A stretch of 64,000 bases of DNA from Escherichia coli (GCF_009931435.1 NZ_CP043414.1), one strand, 5' to 3'. Positions 1 through 10,384 are shown, numbered from the stretch's first letter. Made by a program: numbers and translations. The notes: generated from the sequence alone by a model not told the origin.

Positions 1-799
1 CCAGCACCGCCAGTACCGCCGAGGCGCGAGCCAGCTGCTGGTTAAGCATTTTTTGCAGATGCGGTTGCCCGGCTTCATTTGGCCCAGGGGTATCCAGTAA
101 CGTCAACTGACCGGGATAACTCTCCAGCCCCGCCAGATGGACAAACTCCACTTCAATCACGGGAATATGCTCAATGGCGGCGTAAGCAGAAAAAGGAAAA
201 TCGACGTCCAGCGCCTTCGCCAGTCGCACCAAATCATTCAAACTTTTCAGACAATGAAAAATAGGCTGGGCACCCAGATAATATTTTTCGAAAGCGACGC
301 CATTTTCGATCCGCTGCATAAGCGCACGCATATCTTTATCTATTTCCAGCACATCGGTCAGATGCTTAATATCGCAGTCACGCAGGCGCTGTTGTAATTG
401 TTGAATTAAACAGTCGATTGGCGCGACATGTGAAAAATGCAGTACCGGTTCTTTTTGCCCGGGCGTATGACGAATAAGCGTCGGCAGCGCAGTCATTGGG
501 CGATTGCGATTAGGCAGAACCTCCGTACCAACAATGGCATTAATGGTGGTTGATTTCCCTGCTTTCATAGTACCGACAATCGCCAGCACCATTTCCAGTC
601 GGGAAATTTTACGCAACTCATTATTCAGCATCGCGTGACGTTCGGCGATATTAGGCTGACTCCAGGGTAAAGCCAGTTGTGGCGCATCGTCTCCGGGTAC
701 AGAGAGAGGCATTTTTTCCAGTAACTGCAACTGTTGGCGAGAAAGCTGTAACAGGCGTTCAGCCTCCTGACTTAACTCATACAGGGTCTGTGTGTACAT
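1..799 (-). CDS. crfC: Dynamin-like GTPase CrfC (YjdA), N-terminal part; the gene continues beyond the window start
   Basis: Uninterrupted minus-strand frame from ATG (complement of 797-799) to position 1. My translation begins MYTQTLYELSQEAERLLQLSRQQLQ and contains the P-loop GTMKAGKSTT. Absent from the ORF track because no stop lies in the window. Divergent from phnA. Confidence 0.75.
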   Translation of the reverse strand, partial: MYTQTLYELSQEAERLLQLSRQQLQLLEKMPLSVPGDDAPQLALPWSQPNIAERHAMLNNELRKISRLEMVLAIVGTMKAGKSTTINAIVGTEVLPNRNRPMTALPTLIRHTPGQKEPVLHFSHVAPIDCLIQQLQQRLRDCDIKHLTDVLEIDKDMRALMQRIENGVAFEKYYLGAQPIFHCLKSLNDLVRLAKALDVDFPFSAYAAIEHIPVIEVEFVHLAGLESYPGQLTLLDTPGPNEAGQPHLQKMLNQQLARASAVLAVL

Positions 800-1200
800 A
801 GAAAATTTTTCCTTAAAGCAAATTTTATTACTTTTATTTAGCCAGATTGTTTTTGAGTTCTGTTTTCGGCTTTTATAATTACTGCAAGAAATAATTTTAT
901 ATTTAGAGTGTTGTTTTTTATTAGAATAAATAACGTCTTCCGATACGTTTAAAACGTCAGAAAGATAAAAATATCATTTGAATTAAAAAAAGAACAAGTA
1001 GAGCATTAACCTTATCTTAAATAATAAATGGAGGCAAAAAGATTATTTTCTTTTTGCGTTTCCTTTCAAATGAAAACGATCGTCGTCTAAAATCAGCAGT
1101 ACCCCCGACAAACTCAGGGATTTTGTGTATAATTGCGGCCTTTTTCGGCAATCTGCCGTTTTTTGGCGCTTTTGCCCTGCTGACTTTTGAGGAAATCCAC

Positions 1201-1536
1201 ATGTCATTACCACACTGCCCAAAATGCAACTCCGAATACACCTACGAAGATAACGGCATGTACATCTGCCCGGAATGTGCCTACGAATGGAACGACGTAG
1301 AACCTGCACAGGAAAGCGACGAGCTGATCGTTAAAGATGCTAACGGCAATCTGCTGGCTGACGGCGACAGCGTTACCATCATTAAAGATCTGAAGGTGAA
1401 AGGTAGCTCTTCGATGCTGAAGATCGGTACCAAAGTGAAAAACATTCGCCTGGTTGAAGGCGACCACAACATCGATTGCAAAATCGACGGTTTTGGTCCG
1501 ATGAAACTGAAATCTGAGTTTGTGAAAAAGAACTGA
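1201..1536 (+). CDS. phnA: PhnA (YjdM), zinc-ribbon protein, 111 aa
   Basis: ORF track 1054..1536; first ATG at 1201 gives [30 protein letters not shown] with two CxxC pairs, matching the PhnA family. Confidence 0.9.
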   Translation: MSLPHCPKCNSEYTYEDNGMYICPECAYEWNDVEPAQESDELIVKDANGNLLADGDSVTIIKDLKVKGSSSMLKIGTKVKNIRLVEGDHNIDCKIDGFGPMKLKSEFVKKN

Positions 1537-1564
1537 TTGTATTGCTCAATGTAATATTGGCACA

Positions 1565-1712
1565 TGATCGGTAGGCCGGATAAGGCGCTCGCGCCGCATC
1601 CGGCTACGGTGCCGACTGCCTGATGCGACGCTCGCGCGTCTTATCAGGCCTACAAATTCTCGCACCATCCGGCAACGGTGCCTAATGCGACGCTTACCGA
1701 GTCTTATCAGCC
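1565..1712. repeat. REP/BIME cluster (about three REP units) between phnA and phnB
   Basis: Repeated GCCGGATAAGGCGC / GCCTGATGCGACGC palindromic units in alternating orientation. Confidence 0.8.
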
Positions 1713-1775
1713 CCCGCTCATCTGTATAATTTTCGAACTACACTTAACTGGCTTCTCTTAACTGAGGTCACCATC

Positions 1776-2219
1776 ATGCCGTTAAGTCCCTACCTCTCTT
1801 TTGCTGGTAACTGTTCCGATGCGATTGCCTATTATCAACGCACGTTGGGCGCGGAACTGCTTTATAAAATCAGCTTCGGCGAAATGCCGAAATCAGCGCA
1901 GGACAGCGCCGAGAACTGCCCTTCCGGAATGCAATTTCCCGATACCGCCATCGCTCATGCCAACGTGCGCATTGCCGGAAGCGACATCATGATGAGCGAT
2001 GCCATACCGTCAGGAAAAGCCAGCTACTCCGGCTTTACGCTGGTACTCGATTCGCAACAGGTCGAAGAAGGAAAACGCTGGTTTGACAACCTTGCCGCTA
2101 ACGGAAAAATCGAAATGGCCTGGCAGGAAACTTTCTGGGCGCATGGCTTCGGCAAAGTCACCGATAAATTTGGCGTACCGTGGATGATTAATGTCGTCAA
2201 ACAACAACCAACGCACTAA
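1776..2219 (+). CDS. phnB: PhnB (YjdN), glyoxalase/bleomycin-resistance fold protein, 147 aa
   Basis: ORF track 1776..2219; translation matches the PhnB family. Confidence 0.85.
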   Translation: MPLSPYLSFAGNCSDAIAYYQRTLGAELLYKISFGEMPKSAQDSAENCPSGMQFPDTAIAHANVRIAGSDIMMSDAIPSGKASYSGFTLVLDSQQVEEGKRWFDNLAANGKIEMAWQETFWAHGFGKVTDKFGVPWMINVVKQQPTH

Positions 2220-2245
2220 CCCGCCGGGAGGCCCGCCCTCCCGCA

Positions 2246-2307
2246 CTGTCATCGAATTCCCGTTAACTCTTCATCTGTTAGTCACTTTTAGTTAACAAAA
2301 TCGTCAC
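2246..2307 (+). promoter_or_regulatory. Putative Pho box / PhoB-dependent promoter region of the phnC operon
   Basis: CTGTCAT at 2246-2252 and CTGTTAG-TCAC-TTTTAGT-TAAC-AAAATCG-TCAC at 2275-2307 resemble 7-bp PhoB half-sites with 4-bp spacers, 45-100 bp upstream of the phnC ATG. Exact site boundaries uncertain. Confidence 0.45.
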
Positions 2308-2351
2308 GATAATCCGCCACGATGGAGCCACTTTTTTAGGGAGGCTGCATC

Positions 2352-3140
2352 ATGCAAACGATTATCCGCGTCGAACAACTGAGCAAAACCTTCAATCAGC
2401 ATCAGGCGCTGCACGCGGTTGATCTGAACATTCATCACGGTGAAATGGTGGCTCTGCTTGGGCCGTCGGGTTCCGGCAAATCCACCCTTTTACGTCACTT
2501 AAGCGGCCTGATTGTCGGCGATAAAAAGCCAGAATGCCGCGTCGAACTGCTGGGCCGCACCGTCCAGCAAAATGGCCGCCTGGCCCGCGATATCCGCAAA
2601 AGCCGCGCCAACACCGGCTACATCTTCCAACAATTCAACCTGGTGAATCGCCTGAGCGTACTGGAGAACGTGCTGATTGGCGCGCTCGGCAGCACGCCGT
2701 TCTGGCGTACCTGTTTTAGCTGGTTCACCCGCGAGCAGAAACAGCGTGCGTTACAGGCACTGACTCGCGTTGGGATGGTGCACTTTGCCCATCAGCGCGT
2801 TTCCACGCTCTCCGGCGGCCAGCAGCAGCGTGTGGCGATAGCCCGTGCGCTGATGCAGCAGGCGAAGGTGATTCTGGCCGATGAACCCATCGCCTCGCTG
2901 GACCCGGAATCGGCCCGCATCGTGATGGATACCCTGCGCGACATCAACCAGAACGACGGCATCACCGTGGTGGTGACGCTGCATCAGGTGGATTACGCCC
3001 TGCGCTACTGCGAACGCATCGTCGCCCTGCGCCAGGGGCACGTCTTCTACGACGGCAGCAGCCAACAGTTTGATAACGAACGTTTTGACCATCTCTACCG
3101 CAGCATTAACCGCGTCGAAGAGAACGCGAAAGCTGCCTGA
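2352..3140 (+). CDS. phnC: Phosphonate ABC transporter ATP-binding protein, 262 aa
   Basis: ORF track; Walker [10 protein letters not shown] and ABC signature LSGGQQQR. Confidence 0.95.
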   Translation: MQTIIRVEQLSKTFNQHQALHAVDLNIHHGEMVALLGPSGSGKSTLLRHLSGLIVGDKKPECRVELLGRTVQQNGRLARDIRKSRANTGYIFQQFNLVNRLSVLENVLIGALGSTPFWRTCFSWFTREQKQRALQALTRVGMVHFAHQRVSTLSGGQQQRVAIARALMQQAKVILADEPIASLDPESARIVMDTLRDINQNDGITVVVTLHQVDYALRYCERIVALRQGHVFYDGSSQQFDNERFDHLYRSINRVEENAKAA

Positions 3141-3164
3141 CATCCCCATCATTGAGGAAAACGA

Positions 3165-4181
3165 ATGAACGCTAAGATAATTGCCTCGCTGGCCTTCACC
3201 AGCATGTTCAGCCTCAGCACCCTGTTCAGCCCGGCACACGCCGAAGAGCAGGAAAAGGCGCTGAATTTCGGCATTATTTCAACGGAATCACAGCAAAACC
3301 TGAAACCGCAATGGACGCCTTTCCTGCAAGATATGGAGAAGAAACTGGGCGTAAAGGTCAACGCCTTCTTTGCTCCGGACTACGCGGGCATTATCCAGGG
3401 GATGCGCTTCAATAAAGTGGATATCGCCTGGTACGGCAATCTGTCGGCGATGGAAGCGGTGGATCGCGCCAACGGTCAGGTCTTCGCCCAGACGGTCGCG
3501 GCGGATGGATCGCCGGGTTACTGGAGCGTGTTGATCGTCAACAAAGACAGTCCGATCAACAACCTGAACGATCTGCTGGCGAAGCGTAAAGATCTCACCT
3601 TTGGCAATGGCGATCCTAACTCCACCTCTGGCTTCCTCGTCCCCGGCTACTACGTCTTCGCCAAAAACAATATCTCCGCCAGCGACTTCAAGCGCACCGT
3701 CAACGCCGGGCATGAAACCAACGCGCTGGCCGTCGCCAACAAGCAGGTGGATGTGGCGACCAACAACACCGAGAACCTCGACAAGCTGAAAACCTCCGCA
3801 CCGGAGAAGCTCAAAGAACTGAAGGTGATCTGGAAATCGCCGCTGATCCCAGGCGATCCGATCGTCTGGCGCAAAAATCTTTCCGAAACCACCAAAGACA
3901 AGATCTACGACTTCTTTATGAACTACGGCAAAACGCCGGAAGAGAAAGCGGTGCTGGAGCGCCTGGGCTGGGCCCCGTTCCGCGCCTCCAGCGACCTGCA
4001 ACTGGTGCCAATTCGCCAGCTCGCGCTGTTTAAAGAGATGCAGGGCGTGAAAGGCAATAAGGGACTGAATGAGCAGGACAAGCTGGCAAAAACCACCGCC
4101 ATTCAGGCGCAACTGGATGATTTGGACCGCCTGAACAACGCGTTAAGCGCAATGAGTTCGGTGAGTAAAGCGGTGCAGTAA
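3165..4181 (+). CDS. phnD: Periplasmic phosphonate-binding protein, 338 aa
   Basis: ORF track; signal-peptide-like N-terminus ending AHA; fits the PhnD family and operon position. Confidence 0.95.
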   Translation: MNAKIIASLAFTSMFSLSTLFSPAHAEEQEKALNFGIISTESQQNLKPQWTPFLQDMEKKLGVKVNAFFAPDYAGIIQGMRFNKVDIAWYGNLSAMEAVDRANGQVFAQTVAADGSPGYWSVLIVNKDSPINNLNDLLAKRKDLTFGNGDPNSTSGFLVPGYYVFAKNNISASDFKRTVNAGHETNALAVANKQVDVATNNTENLDKLKTSAPEKLKELKVIWKSPLIPGDPIVWRKNLSETTKDKIYDFFMNYGKTPEEKAVLERLGWAPFRASSDLQLVPIRQLALFKEMQGVKGNKGLNEQDKLAKTTAIQAQLDDLDRLNNALSAMSSVSKAVQ

Positions 4182-4195
4182 TGTGCTCGATCGGT

Positions 4196-4294
4196 CCCCT
4201 CTCCCTTGAGGGAGAGGGTTAGGGTGAGGGGGGAAATACGCACGCTGATGCCCTCACCCCGGCCCTCTCCTACAGGGAGAGGGAGAAAACATTA
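4196..4294. repeat. GC-rich inverted pair of boxC-like palindromic units in the phnD-phnE spacer
   Basis: CCCTCTCCC-TTGA-GGGAGAGGG-TTAGGGTGAGGGG followed by its near reverse complement GCCCTCACCCCGGCCCTCTCC-TACA-GGGAGAGGG. Confidence 0.7.
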
Positions 4295-4307
4295 AACGGA
4301 GCCAAAC

Positions 4308-5087
4308 ATGCAAACCATCACCATCGCCCCACCCAAGCGCAGCTGGTTCTCGATCTTCAGCTGGGCCGTTGTTCTCGCCGTACTGGTCGTCTCGTGGCAG
4401 GGCGCGGAAATGGCCCCGCTCACGCTGATTAAAGACGGCGGCAACATGGCGACGTTCGCCGCCGACTTCTTCCCGCCCGATTTCAGCCAGTGGCAGGATT
4501 ACCTCACCGAAATGGCCGTCACGCTGCAAATCGCCGTCTGGGGCACTGCGCTGGCAGTCGTTCTCTCCATCCCCTTCGGCCTGATGAGCGCCGAAAACCT
4601 GGTGCCGTGGTGGGTTTACCAGCCCGTTCGCCGCCTGATGGACGCCTGCCGCGCCATTAACGAGATGGTCTTCGCCATGCTGTTCGTGGTCGCCGTCGGT
4701 CTCGGTCCGTTCGCTGGCGTACTGGCGCTGTTTATCCACACCACCGGCGTGCTCTCCAAACTGCTTTCCGAAGCGGTAGAAGCAATTGAACCCGGCCCGG
4801 TGGAAGGTATTCGCGCCACTGGTGCCAACAAGCTCGAAGAGATCCTCTATGGCGTGCTGCCGCAGGTGATGCCGCTGCTGATCTCCTACTCCCTCTATCG
4901 CTTCGAATCCAACGTCCGTTCGGCCACCGTTGTTGGCATGGTCGGCGCTGGCGGGATCGGCGTCACGCTGTGGGAAGCGATTCGCGGTTTCCAGTTCCAG
5001 CAAACCTGCGCCCTGATGGTGCTGATTATCGTCACGGTCAGCCTGCTGGATTTCCTCTCTCAACGGTTGCGTAAGCACTTTATCTGA
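4308..5087 (+). CDS. phnE: Phosphonate ABC transporter permease, intact 259-aa frame
   Basis: Single uninterrupted ORF in the track (4308..5087); binding-protein-dependent permease features. Confidence 0.9.
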   Translation: MQTITIAPPKRSWFSIFSWAVVLAVLVVSWQGAEMAPLTLIKDGGNMATFAADFFPPDFSQWQDYLTEMAVTLQIAVWGTALAVVLSIPFGLMSAENLVPWWVYQPVRRLMDACRAINEMVFAMLFVVAVGLGPFAGVLALFIHTTGVLSKLLSEAVEAIEPGPVEGIRATGANKLEEILYGVLPQVMPLLISYSLYRFESNVRSATVVGMVGAGGIGVTLWEAIRGFQFQQTCALMVLIIVTVSLLDFLSQRLRKHFI

Positions 5088-5107
5088 TAAGCGAGGCATT
5101 GATAGCT

Positions 5108-5833
5108 ATGCACTTGTCTACACATCCGACCAGCTACCCAACACGCTATCAGGAGATAGCCGCAAAACTTGAGCAGGAGCTTCGTCAACACTACCGCTGC
5201 GGCGACTATCTTCCCGCCGAGCATCAACTGGCGGCACGCTTTGAGGTGAATCGCCACACCCTGCGCCGCGCCATCGACCAACTGGTGGAAAAAGGCTGGG
5301 TACAGCGCCGTCAGGGCGTCGGCGTGCTGGTGCTGATGCGCCCGTTCGATTACCCGCTCAACGCCCAGGCGCGTTTTAGCCAGAACCTGCTGGATCAGGG
5401 TAGCCATCCCACCAGCGAAAAACTGCTGTCGGTGCTGCGCCCGGCCTCCGGCCACGTCGCTGACGCGCTGGGGATAACCGAGGGCGAGAACGTTATCCAC
5501 CTGCGCACCCTGCGTCGGGTCAACGGCGTCGCACTCTGTTTAATCGACCACTACTTTGCGGACCTCACTCTCTGGCCGACGCTGCAACGCTTCGACAGCG
5601 GCTCGCTGCACGATTTTTTGCACGAGCAAACGGGAATTGCGCTGCGCCGCAGCCAGACGCGGATCAGCGCCCGCCGCGCCCAGGCCAAAGAGTGCCAGCG
5701 TCTTGAAATTCCGAATATGTCGCCGCTGCTGTGCGTGCGCACCCTTAACCACCGTGACGGTGAAAGCAGCCCGGCGGAGTACTCCGTCAGCCTGACGCGC
5801 GCCGACATGATTGAATTCACCATGGAGCACTGA
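5108..5833 (+). CDS. phnF: GntR-family transcriptional regulator of the phn operon, 241 aa
   Basis: ORF track 5099..5833 starts at TTG; first ATG at 5108 gives MHLSTHPTSYPTRYQEIAAKLEQELR with a GntR-type HTH. Confidence 0.9.
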   Translation: MHLSTHPTSYPTRYQEIAAKLEQELRQHYRCGDYLPAEHQLAARFEVNRHTLRRAIDQLVEKGWVQRRQGVGVLVLMRPFDYPLNAQARFSQNLLDQGSHPTSEKLLSVLRPASGHVADALGITEGENVIHLRTLRRVNGVALCLIDHYFADLTLWPTLQRFDSGSLHDFLHEQTGIALRRSQTRISARRAQAKECQRLEIPNMSPLLCVRTLNHRDGESSPAEYSVSLTRADMIEFTMEH

Positions 5834-6286
5834 ATGCACGCAGATACCGCGACCCGCCAGCACTGGATGTCCGTGCTGGCGCACAGCCAACCGGCTGAAC
5901 TGGCTAACCGCCTTAAAGCGCTAAACATCACCGCCGACTATGACATGATCCGCGCCGCCGAAACCGGCCTGGTACAGATTCAGGCGCGAATGGGTGGCAC
6001 CGGCGAACGCTTTTTTGCTGGCGACGCTACGCTCACCCGCGCCGCTGTACGCCTTACTGACGGCACGCTCGGCTACAGCTGGGTGCTGGGGCGCGACAAA
6101 CAGCACGCCGAACGCTGCGCGCTGATTGACGCGCTGATGCAGCAATCTCGCCACTTTCAAAACTTATCAGAAACCCTTATTGCCCCGCTGGACGCTGACC
6201 GTATGGCACGCATTGCCGCACGCCAGGCCGAAGTGAACGCCAGTCGGGTCGACTTCTTTACGATGGTTCGCGGAGACAACGCATGA
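5834..6286 (+). CDS. phnG: C-P lyase core complex subunit PhnG, 150 aa
   Basis: ORF track; operon position; start immediately after the phnF stop. Confidence 0.9.
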   Translation: MHADTATRQHWMSVLAHSQPAELANRLKALNITADYDMIRAAETGLVQIQARMGGTGERFFAGDATLTRAAVRLTDGTLGYSWVLGRDKQHAERCALIDALMQQSRHFQNLSETLIAPLDADRMARIAARQAEVNASRVDFFTMVRGDNA

Positions 6287-6867
6287 CCCTGGAAACCGCT
6301 TTTATGCTTCCCGTGCAGGATGCCCAGCACAGTTTTCGTCGCCTGTTAAAGGCCATGAGCGAGCCGGGCGTGATTGTCGCCCTGCATCAACTCAAACGCG
6401 GCTGGCAGCCGCTGAATATCGCCACCACCAGCGTGCTGCTGACGCTGGCCGATAACGACACGCCGGTGTGGCTTTCTGCGCCATTAAGTAACGATATCGT
6501 CAGCCAGAGCCTGCGTTTTCATACCAACGCGCCGCTGGTCAATCAGCCGGAACAGGCGACCTTCGCAGTGACGGATGAGGCGATTGCCAGCGAGCAGCTC
6601 AACGCCCTTTCCATCGGCACCGCCGTTGCGCCGGAAGCCGGTGCGACGTTGATTTTACAGGTCACCAGCCTGAGCGGCGGACGCATGCTGCGCCTCACCG
6701 GCGCGGGTATTGCCGAAGAACGGATGATCGCCCCGCAACTGCCGGAGTGCATTCTGCACGAACTCACCGAGCGCCCGCACCCGTTCCCGCTCGGCATCGA
6801 CCTGATCCTGACCTGCGGCGAGCGCCTGCTGGCTATCCCGCGAACCACTCATGTGGAGGTGTGCTGA
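6283..6867 (+). CDS. phnH: C-P lyase core complex subunit PhnH, 194 aa
   Basis: ORF track; ATGA overlap with the phnG stop. Confidence 0.9.
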   Translation: MTLETAFMLPVQDAQHSFRRLLKAMSEPGVIVALHQLKRGWQPLNIATTSVLLTLADNDTPVWLSAPLSNDIVSQSLRFHTNAPLVNQPEQATFAVTDEAIASEQLNALSIGTAVAPEAGATLILQVTSLSGGRMLRLTGAGIAEERMIAPQLPECILHELTERPHPFPLGIDLILTCGERLLAIPRTTHVEVC

Positions 6868-7931
6868 TGTACGTTGCCGTGAAAGGGGGCGAAAAGGCGA
6901 TCGACGCCGCCCACGCCCTGCAAGAGAGCCGACGCCGGGGCGATACTGATTTGCCTGAACTGAGCGTCGCCCAGATTGAACAGCAGCTTAATCTCGCGGT
7001 GGATCGCGTGATGACCGAAGGCGGCATTGCCGACCGTGAACTGGCGGCACTAGCGCTGAAACAGGCCAGCGGCGATAACGTTGAAGCGATTTTCCTGTTG
7101 CGCGCCTACCGCACGACGCTGGCAAAGCTGGCGGTGAGCGAGCCGCTCGACACCACCGAGATGCGGCTCGAACGCCGTATTTCGGCGGTTTATAAAGACA
7201 TTCCCGGCGGCCAGTTGCTTGGCCCGACCTACGACTACACCCATCGCCTGCTCGATTTCACCCTGCTGGCGAATGGCGAAGCGCCGACGCTGACCACCGC
7301 CGACAGCGAGCAAGCCCCATCGCCGCACGTTTTCAGCCTGCTGGCGCGTCAGGGGCTGGCGAAGTTTGAAGAGGATAGCGGCGCACAGCCGGACGACATC
7401 ACCCGCACGCCGCCGGTTTACCCCTGCTCACGTTCTTCCCGTTTGCAGCAGCTCATGCGCGGAGACGAAGGCTATTTGCTGGCGCTGGCCTACTCCACCC
7501 AGCGTGGTTACGGACGCAATCACCCGTTCGCAGGCGAAATCCGCAGTGGCTATATCGACGTGTCTATTGTGCCGGAAGAGCTGGGATTTGCGGTGAACAT
7601 CGGCGAACTGCTGATGACCGAGTGTGAAATGGTCAACGGTTTTATCGACCCGCCGGATGAGCCGCCGCACTTCACGCGCGGCTACGGGCTGGTGTTCGGC
7701 ATGAGCGAGCGCAAAGCGATGGCAATGGCGCTGGTTGACCGCGCTCTACAAGCCCCGGAGTACGGCGAGCACGCGACAGGCCCGGCGCAGGATGAAGAGT
7801 TCGTGCTGGCGCATGCCGACAACGTCGAAGCCGCAGGCTTTGTCTCGCACCTCAAACTCCCGCACTACGTCGATTTCCAGGCCGAACTGGAGCTACTCAA
7901 ACGTCTGCAACAGGAGCAGAACCATGGCTAA
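6867..7931 (+). CDS. phnI: C-P lyase core complex subunit PhnI, 354 aa
   Basis: ORF track frame 6747..7931; I place the start at ATG 6867 ([18 protein letters not shown]), overlapping the phnH stop by one base (TGATG). Confidence 0.9.
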   Translation: MYVAVKGGEKAIDAAHALQESRRRGDTDLPELSVAQIEQQLNLAVDRVMTEGGIADRELAALALKQASGDNVEAIFLLRAYRTTLAKLAVSEPLDTTEMRLERRISAVYKDIPGGQLLGPTYDYTHRLLDFTLLANGEAPTLTTADSEQAPSPHVFSLLARQGLAKFEEDSGAQPDDITRTPPVYPCSRSSRLQQLMRGDEGYLLALAYSTQRGYGRNHPFAGEIRSGYIDVSIVPEELGFAVNIGELLMTECEMVNGFIDPPDEPPHFTRGYGLVFGMSERKAMAMALVDRALQAPEYGEHATGPAQDEEFVLAHADNVEAAGFVSHLKLPHYVDFQAELELLKRLQQEQNHG

Positions 7932-8769
7932 TCTGAGCGGCTACAACTTTGCCTACCTCGACGAGCAGACCAAACGTATGATCCGCCGCGCCATCTTAAA
8001 AGCGGTGGCGATCCCCGGTTATCAGGTGCCGTTTGGCGGGCGCGAGATGCCGATGCCATACGGCTGGGGAACTGGTGGTATCCAGCTTACCGCCAGCGTG
8101 ATTGGCGAAAGCGACGTGTTGAAGGTGATTGACCAGGGCGCGGATGACACCACCAACGCCGTATCAATTCGCAACTTTTTCAAGCGCGTGACCGGGGTAA
8201 ACACCACTGAACGTACGGATGATGCGACGCTTATCCAGACGCGCCACCGCATCCCCGAAACGCCGCTGACCGAAGATCAGATCATTATTTTCCAGGTGCC
8301 GATCCCCGAACCGCTGCGCTTTATCGAGCCGCGCGAAACGGAGACCCGCACTATGCACGCGCTGGAGGAGTACGGCGTGATGCAGGTGAAACTGTATGAA
8401 GATATCGCCCGCTTCGGTCATATCGCCACCACCTACGCCTATCCGGTGAAGGTGAACGGACGCTACGTAATGGACCCATCGCCGATCCCGAAATTTGATA
8501 ACCCGAAAATGGACATGATGCCCGCCCTGCAACTGTTTGGCGCGGGGCGCGAGAAGCGTATTTATGCGGTGCCGCCGTTTACCCGCGTGGAAAGCCTCGA
8601 TTTCGACGATCATCCGTTCACCGTTCAGCAGTGGGATGAACCCTGCGCCATCTGCGGATCGACCCACAGCTATCTCGATGAAGTGGTGCTGGATGACGCC
8701 GGAAACCGCATGTTTGTCTGTTCCGATACCGATTATTGCCGCCAACAGAGCGAGGCGAAAAGCCAATGA
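7924..8769 (+). CDS. phnJ: C-P bond-cleaving enzyme PhnJ, 281 aa
   Basis: ORF track frame 7735..8769; start at ATG 7924 (MANLSGYNFAYLDEQTKRMIRRAILKAV); C-terminal cysteine cluster CAICGS..C..C. Confidence 0.9.
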   Translation: MANLSGYNFAYLDEQTKRMIRRAILKAVAIPGYQVPFGGREMPMPYGWGTGGIQLTASVIGESDVLKVIDQGADDTTNAVSIRNFFKRVTGVNTTERTDDATLIQTRHRIPETPLTEDQIIIFQVPIPEPLRFIEPRETETRTMHALEEYGVMQVKLYEDIARFGHIATTYAYPVKVNGRYVMDPSPIPKFDNPKMDMMPALQLFGAGREKRIYAVPPFTRVESLDFDDHPFTVQQWDEPCAICGSTHSYLDEVVLDDAGNRMFVCSDTDYCRQQSEAKSQ

Positions 8770-9524
8770 ATCAACCGTTACTTTCGGTCAATAACCTGAC
8801 CCACCTCTACGCACCGGGCAAAGGCTTCAGCGACGTTTCTTTTGATTTATGGCCGGGGGAAGTGCTGGGCATCGTCGGGGAATCCGGTTCCGGGAAGACC
8901 ACGCTGCTGAAATCAATCTCCGCGCGCCTGACGCCGCAGCAGGGGGAGATTCGCTATGAAAACCGTTCCCTCTATGGCATGAGCGAAGCCGACCGCCGCC
9001 GTTTACTGCGCACCGAATGGGGCGTGGTACATCAGCATCCGCTCGACGGCCTGCGTCGCCAGGTCTCGGCAGGCGGCAATATCGGCGAACGGCTGATGGC
9101 GACCGGGGCGCGTCATTACGGCGATATTCGCGCCACCGCGCAGAAGTGGCTGGAAGAGGTGGAGATTCCCGCCAACCGGATCGACGACCTGCCGACCACT
9201 TTTTCCGGCGGTATGCAGCAGCGTTTGCAGATTGCCCGCAACCTGGTGACGCATCCGAAGCTGGTGTTTATGGATGAACCGACCGGCGGGCTGGATGTAT
9301 CAGTGCAAGCGCGCCTGCTCGATCTGCTGCGCGGTCTGGTGGTGGAGCTGAACCTGGCGGTGGTGATTGTCACCCACGATCTGGGCGTCGCCCGCCTGCT
9401 GGCGGACCGTTTGCTGGTGATGAAGCAAGGGCAAGTGGTGGAGAGTGGGTTAACCGACCGCGTGCTCGACGACCCGCATCACCCGTATACCCAGCTGCTG
9501 GTGTCATCGGTTTTGCAGAATTGA
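8766..9524 (+). CDS. phnK: ABC-type ATPase PhnK, 252 aa
   Basis: ORF track frame 8736..9524; start at ATG 8766 (MNQPLLSVNNLTHLY); Walker A GESGSGKTT. Confidence 0.9.
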   Translation: MNQPLLSVNNLTHLYAPGKGFSDVSFDLWPGEVLGIVGESGSGKTTLLKSISARLTPQQGEIRYENRSLYGMSEADRRRLLRTEWGVVHQHPLDGLRRQVSAGGNIGERLMATGARHYGDIRATAQKWLEEVEIPANRIDDLPTTFSGGMQQRLQIARNLVTHPKLVFMDEPTGGLDVSVQARLLDLLRGLVVELNLAVVIVTHDLGVARLLADRLLVMKQGQVVESGLTDRVLDDPHHPYTQLLVSSVLQN

Positions 9525-9529
9525 GCCTT

Positions 9530-9690
9530 GCTTGTGTCGGGTGGCGCTGCGCTTACCCGACCTACGGTACATGTAGGCCGGATAAGGCGTAGCCGCCATC
9601 CGGCTTATCAGGCCTACAAAACCATCGTAATACATTGATATTGATTCATTTGTAGGCCGGATAAGGCGCAGCCGCCATCCGGCAAAAACA
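9530..9690. repeat. REP/BIME cluster inside the phn operon, between phnK and phnL
   Basis: GTAGGCCGGATAAGGCG(T/C)AGCCGCCATCCGGC units in inverted orientation. Confidence 0.8.
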
Positions 9691-9703
9691 CGAAGAGGCC
9701 AAA

Positions 9704-10384
9704 ATGATCCGCGTCGAAAACGTCAGTAAAACCTTCATCCTGCACCAACAAAACGGCGTGCGCCTGCCCGTCTTACAACGCGCCTCGCTCACCGTCAACG
9801 CGGGCGAATGCGTGGTGCTCCACGGCCATTCCGGCAGCGGCAAATCAACCCTGCTGCGCTCGCTGTACGCTAACTATCTGCCCGACGAAGGGCAAATTCA
9901 GATCAAACATGGTGACGAGTGGGTAGACCTGGTCACCGCGCCAGCGCGCAAAGTGGTGGAAATCCGCAAAACCACCGTCGGCTGGGTGAGCCAGTTTCTG
10001 CGGGTCATCCCGCGTATTTCGGCGCTGGAAGTGGTAATGCAGCCGCTGCTCGATACCGGCGTTCCGCGTGAAGCCTGCGCCGCTAAAGCCGCCCGTCTGC
10101 TCACCCGCCTGAACGTGCCGGAACGTCTGTGGCACCTGGCGCCATCGACCTTCTCCGGCGGCGAACAGCAGCGCGTCAACATCGCGCGCGGCTTTATCGT
10201 CGATTACCCCATTCTGCTGCTCGACGAACCTACTGCCTCGCTGGACGCCAAAAACAGCGCCGCGGTGGTGGAACTGATCCGCGAAGCTAAAACCCGCGGC
10301 GCAGCCATCGTCGGCATCTTCCACGACGAAGCCGTACGCAATGACGTCGCCGACCGCCTCCACCCAATGGGAGCCTCTGCATGA
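9704..10384 (+). CDS. phnL: ABC-type ATPase PhnL, 226 aa
   Basis: ORF track; Walker [10 protein letters not shown]. Confidence 0.9.
   Translation: MIRVENVSKTFILHQQNGVRLPVLQRASLTVNAGECVVLHGHSGSGKSTLLRSLYANYLPDEGQIQIKHGDEWVDLVTAPARKVVEIRKTTVGWVSQFLRVIPRISALEVVMQPLLDTGVPREACAAKAARLLTRLNVPERLWHLAPSTFSGGEQQRVNIARGFIVDYPILLLDEPTASLDAKNSAAVVELIREAKTRGAAIVGIFHDEAVRNDVADRLHPMGASA

Noticed and set aside
3288-4112. 274-codon minus-strand ORF inside phnD
   Set aside because: Lies entirely antisense to the well-supported phnD gene; Ala/Gly/Arg-rich translation typical of the reverse frame of a GC-rich gene; no independent start or ribosome-binding-site evidence.
4254-5099. 281-codon minus-strand ORF spanning phnE
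   Set aside because: Antisense shadow of phnE; no recognisable domain; incompatible with the operon structure.
8164-8766. 200-codon minus-strand ORF inside phnJ
   Set aside because: Antisense to phnJ; no motif; judged a shadow ORF.
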